Shown: one piece after another, positions 59,501 to 64,000 of the stretch | Layout of the letters: every line of letters starts with the position of its first letter | How positions within the stretch are numbered: the first letter of the stretch is position 1 | Source: Octopus sinensis | Lineage: Eukaryota | Length of the DNA stretch: 64,000 nucleotides | Direction of reading: 5' to 3' | NCBI RefSeq assembly: GCF_006345805.1 | Contig: NC_043007.1 | Coordinates: forward strand, 31,186,001 to 31,250,000 | Position numbers and translations under genes: made by a program | Notes under the pieces: generated by a model | What the model saw: the letters and a program-made list of their open reading frames with translations, nothing else | The model's database searches: none | Told to the model about the DNA's origin: nothing

Positions 59501-61627
59501 TGAGGTGCAAAATGTATAGGGGAGGTTTGTTGTTGTAGATTCAACCCTCATCATCTAAGCACTCGTTTTATGAGTTGATGTCGGCCCATAGACAGACACA
59601 TTATCAATTAAATCCATTTTACCTTATAGCATTTAAACTGGCCAGGTCCAGCTCAAACATTCTACCTGTTTTATGTCCAAACCACCCAGATCTGGCCTGT
59701 CACACCTATATACTAGGAAGTCACTCTAAAAGTAAAGTAATCACATCATTGAAATCCCAAAGCCACAAGGGTAATTGCATGGCAGTGCAGGGTTGATACT
59801 AACTAAACAGTGGGATTAAGCATAACAGTTGACAGAATAATCTGAATGTTAAAGGGTTAAAAATGTCATGAATTATTTGTTTCTAACACAGGCAAGTCAA
59901 ATCAATTCCTTGTTGTGAAGTTATTAAACCTGTTTATCAAAGCAGATTAACGAAATCTCTATCTAACAAACTTACAGATTTTGGCCAGAGTGGCTTGATC
60001 ATTGCCAGAGCGGCTAACTGGCTTCCGTGCTGGTGGTATGTAAAAGGCAACATTTGAGCATGATCATTACCAGCATCGCCTTACTGGCACCTGTGTTGGT
60101 GGCATGTGTAAAAAGATTCGTGCGAGGTCGTTGCCAGTACCGCCTGACTGGCCCCCATGCTGTTGGCACGTAAAAAGTACCCACTACACTCTCGGAGTGG
60201 ATGGCATTAGGAAGGGCATCCAGCTGTAGAAACTCTGCCAGATCAAGATTGGAGCCTGGTGCAGTCATCTAGTTTGCCAGTCCTCAGTGAAATCGTCCAA
60301 CCCATGCTAGCATGGAAAACGGACGTTAAACAATGATGATGATGATGATGAAATGTGGACATACAGGAAATGTTAAGAATATTTTAGACAAAAGAATACA
60401 ATATTGACTTATAAAAATATTTAATATGCTTTACAGTATATTATGGTTGTATAACGAAATACCACATACCTGCAGTTCATTAACGAAGAAGTACTACAGG
60501 TAGCAAGTATGAAAAGATGATTGTTCCTAGTTATTAAGAAATAAGAAATCTAAAGTAGTTTGGTCACATTGTAAGAGTACAAGGTTTACCGAATATTGGA
60601 AGGGAGGATAACTGATGAATGCCCAAGAGGGAGATCTGGAACAAACTGGTTGGATGACATCAAGGACTGGACTAAACTACCATATATGGAGCAGGTGTGA
60701 GAACGGAAGAGGAAAGGACTTGAGATGGAGAGCCTTAATACTCTACCTGATAGGAGCAGACCAACATGATGATGATGAGAAAAAGGGATGGTTTTTTTTT
60801 GCAAGTTATTGTTGTTTTGTAGCAGTATGATGTGGAGGCACAATGGCCCAGTGGTTAGGGCAGTGAACTCGCGGTCGGAGGATCGTGGTTTCGATTCCCA
60901 GACCGGGCGTTGTGTGTGGTTTATTGAGCAAAAAAAGCTGCACGAGGCTCCGGCAGGGGATTGTCACGACCCCTGTTGTACTCTTTCGCCACAACTTTCT
61001 CTCACTCTCTCTTCCTGTTTCTTGAGTAACACTGCGATGGACTGGCATCCCGTCCAGCTGGGGGGAACAGATACACCACACAAACCGGGAAACTGGGCCC
61101 ATGAGCCTGGCTAGGCTTGAAAAGGGCAAATAAGAAGCTGTATGATAGCCCTGATCCAACACAGCCCTGGCCATTCTGTTTTTTTACTGAGGTATGTGAC
61201 ATATCTAAGATTACATTATCCAGTTCCTTCCTTATCTAAGATTCAGTGGAGTGTATTCAGTGTGATTTGGTTGGCTGCTATTTCTAGCTATTCAGCCTAG
61301 CACATAGAGGCTTGTCATGATTAACAAAATAATAACAAACTTATTGTATACAGGTGCTCAAATACAATACAACTAAGAAGAAAAAAGTAGCCAAAAGTAC
61401 ATGAACAGGACGTGAACAGTGAATGGGTCGTTTTTGAAGGATGTAATGTCCTGACAGCCAACGACTGATGCGGGGAGTTTATTCCATGCTTCAGTAATTC
61501 TGTGTGGGAAAAACAGTAATGTTTATGTATTTTGCAGAATTGGAAAAGGAAATGAAATTTTGGTTGTATTTTATTTTTTAGGTATTGTATCAACCATTAT
61601 GATGGAGCTAAAGAAGGTAATAAAGAT
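5540..61627 (+). CDS. VPS39: VPS39 / Vam6-like HOPS subunit; span of 22 reconstructed coding exons (728 codons), 3' end outside the window
   Basis: Exon translations align by eye, in order, to the VPS39 sequence as I recall it (CNH propeller, Vps39_1 region, clathrin-repeat solenoid). All introns are GT-AG, phases are mutually consistent and the exons sum to 2184 nt. Confidence 0.95.
6215..6456. mobile_element. CpG-rich foldback MITE with 71-79 bp TIRs
   Basis: The outer 40 bp GGTACTACTTGAGAACAGTGGTCCCGGTGCGCGCACTCGC are a perfect inverted repeat; A-rich spacer. Confidence 0.88.
6500..8050 (-). mobile_element. Highly degraded Penelope-like element remnants
   Basis: Stop- and frameshift-ridden minus-strand peptides resemble PLE RT motifs ([12 protein letters not shown] vs DVxSLYTNIP; KQVCG...EKLERQI vs YxQxxG...LExxI). 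Two hammerhead-like motifs lie on the same strand. By-eye similarity only. Confidence 0.4.
7581..7616 (-). ncRNA. Minimal hammerhead-like motif with a core variant (CUGUAGA)
   Basis: Minus strand CTTT-CTGTAGA-A-GAGC(gtag)GCTC-GAAA-CGT-C-AAAG; A6 is replaced by U. Confidence 0.55.
8926..9160 (-). mobile_element. SINE family D with a Nin/Deu-type central domain
   Basis: Sense core gactttgcctttcatcctttcgggg(t)tgat(t)aaataa resembles the Deu/Nin SINE domain as I recall it. Related copies at ~24612-25260, 25275-25500, 44960-45110 (-) and 53565-53760. Confidence 0.7.
10436..10830 (-). mobile_element. RTE LINE 3' UTR fragment
   Basis: (CAT)n then cgtttagcgtc...ttccatgctagcatgggttgg; three internal tandem subunits. 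Confidence 0.8.
11533..11905 (+). mobile_element. tRNA-derived SINE, local family C
   Basis: Head gtggaggcgcaatggcccagtggttagggcagc...ttcgattccc (A/B boxes); the same 5' ~190 bp occurs at 49600-49882 (-) and 60830-61128 (+). Confidence 0.85.
12085..12800 (-). mobile_element. DNA transposase remnant (hAT-like, HLWYL family), internally deleted
   Basis: [15 protein letters not shown]...[12 protein letters not shown]...RNDYRELL...YVQAWF...[28 protein letters not shown] with frameshifts. The superfamily assignment is tentative. Confidence 0.7.
14185..14630 (-). mobile_element. RTE LINE 3' UTR fragment
   Basis: Same terminal sequence; four to five tandem subunits. Confidence 0.8.
16197..16268 (+). 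CDS. VPS39: VPS39 exon 2: [24 protein letters not shown]
   Basis: tttcag acceptor, G|GTATGA donor; [11 protein letters not shown] is conserved. Confidence 0.95.
16662..16909 (+). repeat. 38/34-bp minisatellite, about 6.7 units
   Basis: Unit aagtttaagtatcttggggccatattcatgagtgatgg. Confidence 0.92.
17185..17272. repeat. (CT)n microsatellite
   Basis: Pure dinucleotide tract of ~88 bp. Confidence 0.95.
17743..17807 (+). CDS. VPS39: VPS39 exon 3: [22 protein letters not shown]
   Basis: gacag acceptor, CAG|GTAAGT donor; resembles NRFEVTLEKSNKNFSKKIQQ. Confidence 0.92.
19539..19766. repeat. AT-rich inverted repeat, ~100-bp arms and ~24-bp spacer
   Basis: Arms differ by one 6-bp indel and about two other changes. 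Confidence 0.88.
20568..20954. mobile_element. MITE with ~140-bp TIRs
   Basis: 20568-20708 is the approximate reverse complement of 20813-20954, with scattered mismatches. Confidence 0.85.
21249..21468. mobile_element. piggyBac-type MITE
   Basis: TTAA|CCCTTT...AAAGGGG|TTAA. Confidence 0.8.
21525..21740. mobile_element. piggyBac-type MITE, second copy 56 bp downstream
   Basis: TTAA|CCCTTT...AAAGGG|TTAA. Partial copies near 18283, 51463 (-) and 55180; a second TTAA family near 28990, 48575 and 59588. Confidence 0.82.
21985..22362 (-). mobile_element. SINE family A
   Basis: Reverse complement of the family A consensus, full length. Confidence 0.85.
22679..22724 (+). CDS. VPS39: VPS39 exon 4: [15 protein letters not shown] (46 nt)
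   Basis: ttgcag acceptor, G|GTTAGT donor; phase 0 to 1 bridges exons 3 and 5; ILVSL is conserved. Confidence 0.78.
23597..23733. mobile_element. hAT-type MITE with a perfect 8-bp TSD
   Basis: TIRs CAGAGTTTCCCAAC / GTTGGGAAGCACTG; CACTATAG at 23589-23596 and 23734-23741. Confidence 0.85.
23747..24142 (-). mobile_element. SINE family A
   Basis: Reverse complement of the family A consensus. Confidence 0.85.
24394..24488 (+). CDS. VPS39: VPS39 exon 5: [32 protein letters not shown]
   Basis: cacag acceptor, AAG|GTAAGA donor; VHDL and KGA.LF are conserved. Confidence 0.95.
24890..25175 (+). mobile_element. RTE LINE 3' UTR fragment with a 9-bp target-site duplication
   Basis: AAGTACCAG at 24881-24889 and 25176-25184; (GAT)n tail. 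Confidence 0.88.
26947..28110 (-). mobile_element. RTE-clade LINE, 5'-truncated: ORF2 C-terminus, 3' UTR with tandem subunits, (GAT)n tail
   Basis: [17 protein letters not shown]...LHGSETW...[11 protein letters not shown]...[15 protein letters not shown], continuous with the dispersed (GAT)n-tailed repeat. Confidence 0.88.
28279..28341 (+). CDS. VPS39: VPS39 exon 6: [21 protein letters not shown]
   Basis: tccag acceptor, CAG|GTAATA donor; LR.CVAVKKK is conserved. Confidence 0.93.
28385..28769 (-). mobile_element. SINE family A
   Basis: Reverse complement of the family A consensus, just downstream of exon 6. Confidence 0.85.
30262..30300 (+). CDS. VPS39: VPS39 exon 7: [13 protein letters not shown] (39 nt)
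   Basis: tttcag acceptor, CAG|GTAAGT donor; resembles LYFWKDREFHELQ. Confidence 0.93.
30335..30790 (-). mobile_element. SINE family A (diverged)
   Basis: Reverse complement of family A with a short internal duplication, downstream of exon 7. Confidence 0.8.
31665..31757 (+). CDS. VPS39: VPS39 exon 8: [31 protein letters not shown]
   Basis: tccag acceptor, AAA|GTAAGT donor; resembles PKSMAWCENSICVGFKRDYY. Confidence 0.95.
31819..32606. repeat. 17-bp minisatellite, about 46 units, in VPS39 intron 8
   Basis: Unit AAGAGGGACATTTGT(G/A)(C/T). Confidence 0.97.
32792..32975 (+). CDS. VPS39: VPS39 exon 9: [24 protein letters not shown]...[14 protein letters not shown]
   Basis: cttag acceptor, G|GTAAGT donor; KELF, EPLVA and WTDIP are conserved. 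Confidence 0.95.
34170..34425 (+). mobile_element. Unclassified retroposed repeat with an (ATT)n tail (local family F)
   Basis: Same sequence inverted at ~345-575 and 5'-truncated at 24748-24874. Confidence 0.7.
34505..34625 (+). CDS. VPS39: VPS39 exon 10: [40 protein letters not shown]
   Basis: tatag acceptor, CAG|GTAAGT donor; [14 protein letters not shown] is conserved. Confidence 0.96.
34742..35290 (-). mobile_element. RTE LINE 3' UTR fragment, long subunit array
   Basis: Same terminal sequence; about seven subunits. Further copies near 15640, 18445, 18920, 22995, 29730, 33465, 43130, 49370, 56150, 59990, 62370 and 63860. Confidence 0.8.
36118..36445 (+). mobile_element. tRNA-derived SINE, local family E
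   Basis: Head tggcccagtggttagag...gagttcaattcc, then gtgttcttgagcaagacactt...ctccagttcactca. Related copies at ~10975-11340 (-), 13555-13812 (-), 14045-14188 and 61715-61915. Confidence 0.75.
37028..37397 (-). mobile_element. SINE family A
   Basis: Reverse complement of the family A consensus. Confidence 0.85.
37627..38033 (+). mobile_element. SINE family A
   Basis: Full-length copy, inverted relative to the copy at 37028-37397. Confidence 0.88.
38195..38312 (+). CDS. VPS39: VPS39 exon 11: [40 protein letters not shown]
   Basis: tttcag acceptor, GTG|GTAAGT donor; YVASN and FELAL are conserved. Confidence 0.95.
38978..39113 (+). CDS. VPS39: VPS39 exon 12: [45 protein letters not shown]
   Basis: tttag acceptor, G|GTTTGT donor; resembles AFNLFCQKRFDESM. 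Confidence 0.92.
39893..40035 (+). CDS. VPS39: VPS39 exon 13: [14 protein letters not shown]...[14 protein letters not shown]
   Basis: aaaag acceptor, GAG|GTATGT donor; DP.HV.GLYP.LLP and LALIDYL are conserved. Confidence 0.95.
40886..41179 (-). mobile_element. Degraded mariner transposase N-terminal fragment
   Basis: [13 protein letters not shown]...[11 protein letters not shown] resembles the HTH and WVPHEL linker of mariner. Confidence 0.6.
41958..42370 (+). mobile_element. SINE family A
   Basis: Full-length copy. Confidence 0.88.
42761..42895 (+). CDS. VPS39: VPS39 exon 14: [15 protein letters not shown]...[22 protein letters not shown]
   Basis: tgtag acceptor, GAA|GTAAGT donor; [12 protein letters not shown] is conserved. 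Confidence 0.96.
44238..44379 (+). CDS. VPS39: VPS39 exon 15: [47 protein letters not shown]
   Basis: tgcag acceptor, AAG|GTATTA donor; CHIEESE and SELIILY are conserved. A possible alternative donor lies at 44424. Confidence 0.95.
44683..44950 (+). mobile_element. Composite short retroelement: tRNA-like head, (AAT)n, then a Penelope-type 3' segment carrying a hammerhead motif
   Basis: A box TGGCGTAGTGTT, B box GAGTTCAATTCC; the 3' segment recurs inverted at ~23370-23480. Confidence 0.65.
44826..44871 (+). ncRNA. Minimal type I hammerhead ribozyme-like motif
   Basis: GACAC-CTGATGA-A-GGCTGG(agggtata)CCAGCC-GAAA-TGT-T-GTGTT. Stem I GACAC/GTGTT, perfect 6-bp stem II, intact core. Confidence 0.7.
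45371..45937 (-). mobile_element. Internally deleted mariner element with both TIRs and a TA TSD
   Basis: TA|TTGGGTTGTC...GACAACCCAA|TA; transposase C-terminus [24 protein letters not shown]. Confidence 0.9.
46114..46203 (+). CDS. VPS39: VPS39 exon 16: [30 protein letters not shown]
   Basis: tacag acceptor, TAG|GTTTGT donor; V.YLQHLG is conserved. Confidence 0.93.
46921..46994 (+). CDS. VPS39: VPS39 exon 17: [25 protein letters not shown]
   Basis: tccag acceptor, AGT|GTAAGT donor; resembles LHLIFSYSVWVLRDFPEDGLK. Confidence 0.93.
47177..47334. repeat. Inverted repeat, ~70-bp arms and 16-bp loop, within a larger foldback element (~47100-47410)
   Basis: aaaatttccacttatttc...cttttcaatag / ctattgaaaagg...gaaataagtggaaatttt. 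Confidence 0.85.
48780..48881 (+). CDS. VPS39: VPS39 exon 18: [34 protein letters not shown]
   Basis: tttag acceptor, TTA|GTAAGT donor; [16 protein letters not shown] is conserved. Confidence 0.96.
49600..49882 (-). mobile_element. SINE family C, different 3' module
   Basis: Family C head and body in reverse complement. Confidence 0.82.
50460..50577 (+). CDS. VPS39: VPS39 exon 19: [39 protein letters not shown]
   Basis: gtcag acceptor, T|GTAAGT donor; EHII..W.ET...FHN is conserved. Confidence 0.95.
50598..50836 (+). mobile_element. Mariner-derived MITE
   Basis: ttgcataattattgcgg ... cccgcaataattatgcaccaacctaa|TA; internal [16 protein letters not shown] stop. Confidence 0.7.
50998..51390 (-). 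mobile_element. SINE family A (diverged)
   Basis: Reverse complement of family A. Confidence 0.8.
52373..52605 (+). repeat. Degenerate (GAT/GAC)n trinucleotide tract, the expanded tail of an RTE 3' end
   Basis: Directly follows the ccatgccagcatggcacatggatattag terminus of the repeat. Confidence 0.85.
52742..52861 (+). CDS. VPS39: VPS39 exon 20: [40 protein letters not shown]
   Basis: tttag acceptor, G|GTAAGC donor; resembles KLLMFLEISSYYDPGRLICDFPFD. Confidence 0.95.
54115..54838 (-). mobile_element. SINE family A interrupted by an RTE 3' end (54381-54675)
   Basis: Family A halves resume on both sides of the insert at ga(c/t)gggc. Confidence 0.85.
55038..55140 (+). CDS. VPS39: VPS39 exon 21: [34 protein letters not shown]
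   Basis: tttag acceptor, CA|GTAAGT donor; EERA.LLGR.G.HEQAL.IYVH is conserved. Confidence 0.96.
57490..57882 (+). mobile_element. SINE family A, 5'-truncated
   Basis: Body and tail of family A. Confidence 0.8.
57892..58801. mobile_element. Two adjacent copies of a hAT-type MITE (57892-58440 partial; 58445-58801 with both ends)
   Basis: Termini CAGGGGTTCTCA...TGAGAACCACTG; the two copies share internal sequence. Confidence 0.7.
58038..58362 (+). mobile_element. CR1-clade LINE 3' end with a (TAAC)n tail, nested in a hAT-type MITE
   Basis: Open frame ...[39 protein letters not shown]...FKASLD...* (TGA 58281-58283), matching the CR1 ORF2 C-terminal pattern RGH...FSxRV...WNxLP. Confidence 0.85.
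60586..60780 (+). mobile_element. Second RTE/BovB-type LINE 3' end
   Basis: RILEGRI...PRGR...[11 protein letters not shown]...LRWR followed directly by (GAT)n. Confidence 0.7.
60830..61128 (+). mobile_element. SINE family C, third 3' module
   Basis: Family C head and body; its tail also occurs alone at ~2008-2110. Confidence 0.82.
61582..61627 (+). CDS. VPS39: VPS39 exon 22: [16 protein letters not shown] (46 nt)
   Basis: tttag acceptor, GAT|GTAAGT donor; resembles EYCHKHYDRNKDGNKD; phase 2 matches exon 21. Confidence 0.93.
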
Positions 61628-62984
61628 GTAAGTAAATGAAGTTTTTTTTTTGTATTGATATGGACACAGGCTTGGCTGAGTGCCAGAGGCATTGCTGCCT
61701 TTTTGAGTCTTTTCAATGGCTCAGTGGTTAGAGCGTCGAGCTTACAATCGTGAGGTTGTGAGTTCGATTCCTGGATTGGACTGCGTGTTGTGTTCTTGAG
61801 CAAGGCACTTTATTTCATGCTGCTCCATTTCACTCAGCTGTAGAAATGAGTTGCAACATCACTGGTGCCAAGATGTATCGGCCCCTTTGCCTTTCCCTTG
61901 GATAACATCAGTCCATAAGGGATGTTATCTCTGATCAAATACTGCAGTAACTGGCCTATTGACAGTGTATGTACATTAGGTATGATACATAAATGGCTAT
62001 ATGTATATATGTGTATATGTTTGTGTTTGTCACTCTCCCACCACCACCATCATTGTCATTTCCATTATCACCAAACACCCGTCATCCATGGGTTAGACAG
62101 TTTAAAAGAAGCTGGCAAGCTAGCGGACCACATGATGCTCCAATGTCTGTTTTGGCATGGTTTTTACAACTGGATTCCCTTCTTAATGCCAACCACTTTA
62201 CAGAGTGTGCTGGCAAGGTCTGTTTTGGCATGGTTTTCATGGCTGAATACCCTCCCTGTGCCAACCACTTTACAGAATGGACTGCATGCTTTCTACATGG
62301 CATCAGTACTGGCGGACTTGACAACCATTGTTGGTTTGTTTATGTTTCTGTAAATTAGCATTTTGGCAAAAGATGGAAATCAAAGTTGAAGTCAAACTCG
62401 GTGACTGGCATCCGTTGCTAGTGGAGCGCTAAGAGTACCATACGAGTGAGATCGTTGCCAGAGCAAAAAGCTGGCCTTCATGCCGATGGCACATTAAACA
62501 CACCATCAGAGCATGATCTTTACCTGCGTCGCCTTACTAGCACTTGTGCTGGTGGGACGTGAAACATTCGAGCCAGTTTGTCACCAGTGCTGCTGGACTG
62601 GCTCCTGTGCAGGTGGCACATAAAAAGGACCATTTGGGCATGGCTATTGCCAGTACCATTAAACTGGTCCTCGTGCCGGTGGCACGTAAAAGCACCCACT
62701 ACACTCTCGGAGTGGTTGGCGTTAGGAAGGGCATCCAGCTGTAGAAACTCTGCCAGATCAGATTGGAGTCCGGTTTGCCAGCCTGAGTCAAATCGTCCAA
62801 CCCATGCTAGTATGGAAAGCAGACATTAAATGATGATGATGATGATGATGGCATTAGGGTAAATATCCAACTTAAAAAATAAGTACCTGGGTCAATTTAT
62901 TTCAAGGTGTGGCCCCAACATGGCAGCTGTCCAATGAAACAAATAAATTCCAAAATTCATTATACATTACATATGTATGTATGT

Positions 62985-63171
62985 AGGCGCAGGAGTGGCT
63001 ATCTGGTAAGTCGCTTGCTTACAAACCACATGGTTCCGGGTTCAGTCCCAGTGCATGGCACCTTGGGCAAGTGTCTTCTGCTATAGCCCCGGGCCGACCA
63101 ATGCCTTGTGAGTGGATTTGGTAGACGGAAACTGAAAGAAGCCCGTCGTATATATGTATGTATATATATAT

Positions 63172-63263
<92 letters not shown>

Positions 63264-63456
63264 TCCCCCTAGCATTGCTTGACAACCAATGCTGGTGTGT
63301 TTACGTCCCTGTCACTTAGCGGTTCGGCAAAAGAGACCGATAGAATAAGTACTGGGCTTACAAGGAATAAGTCCTGGGATCGATTTGCTCAACTAAAGGC
63401 GGTGCTCCAGCATGGCCGCAGTCAAATGACTGAAACCAGTAAAAGAGTAAAAGAGA
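62985..63456 (+). mobile_element. SINE family A with an expanded (TA)n(TG)n core
   Basis: Full-length copy; microsatellite ~63150-63262. Confidence 0.88.
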
Positions 63457-63835
63457 GCATTGTATGAAAGCAGTGTTTGGTTGTCAGCTCCTCCTCCCTC
63501 ACTCCTTCAGTATTTATTCTCTCATTATTCCATGTTTGTTTAGTAAATGTATTGTTTGAACATGTGACATTTTCAAATACTCCAACATCACATTGTTGTC
63601 GTCTCTTCTCTGATAACATTCAGACTGACCGATTAATGTGAAGTCGTCGGAGATAAAAAAAATAAAAATAAAAGAACCTAACCACTTGAGAATTTTCTTC
63701 AATCCCAACAGTTTGTGTTTACCAGAAATCCTTACAATAAAAGATTCCGGTGTTGTCTTTGTGTGTAAGATGTTTGCTAAACCTTAACATTTAAGGCCTT
63801 TGGAGCGAATTTGATAAAGAGAAACTGTGTAGAAG

Positions 63836-63871
<36 letters not shown>

Positions 63872-64000
63872 GGAAGAGCATCCAGTTGTAGATACCAAGC
63901 CAAAACAGACTGTGGAACCTGGTGCTGCCCCCTGGCCTTGCCAGTTCCTGCCAAGCTGTCCAACCCATACCAGCATGGAAAACAGACGTTAAATGCTGCT

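Noticed and set aside
62000-64000. Search for VPS39 exon 23 (expected VYLSLL.MYL)
   Set aside because: No matching peptide with splice sites found; the region is SINE and LINE-UTR sequence, so the gene continues beyond the window.

Overview
AT-rich, repeat-dense, intron-rich animal genomic DNA. The repeat landscape resembles a coleoid cephalopod, most likely Octopus (inference, not database-checked). Two protein-coding genes sit head-to-head around a ~630-bp shared promoter. (1) TRPT1 (tRNA 2'-phosphotransferase, Tpt1/KptA family) is on the minus strand, 3864-4907, 347 aa, with an uninterrupted CDS and a Q/N/R/P/Y-rich N-terminal tandem repeat. (2) VPS39 (Vam6, HOPS subunit) is on the plus strand; I reconstructed 22 GT-AG exons by hand from 5540 to 61627 (2184 nt, 728 codons, frame continuous), and the gene runs past the window end. 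Almost everything else is intronic mobile DNA: several tRNA-derived SINE families, about 30 5'-truncated RTE-LINE 3' ends with (GAT)n tails, CR1 and Penelope-like remnants, mariner, hAT and piggyBac-type MITEs, foldback elements, and mini/microsatellites. Nearly all ORFs in the supplied track are repeat artefacts. The best leads are: minimal hammerhead-ribozyme motifs, one of them behind a tRNA-like head and in sense orientation within a VPS39 intron; a repeat-derived, in-frame, consensus-perfect alternative 5' splice site after VPS39 exon 15; an apparent 11-nt templated insertion that displaced and replaced the VPS39 start codon; seven tandem R-x2-PY (PY-NLS-like) motifs on TRPT1; and two CLEAR/M-box-like sites in the shared promoter. 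I cannot claim a proven new system. Repeat boundaries are approximate and were read by eye.
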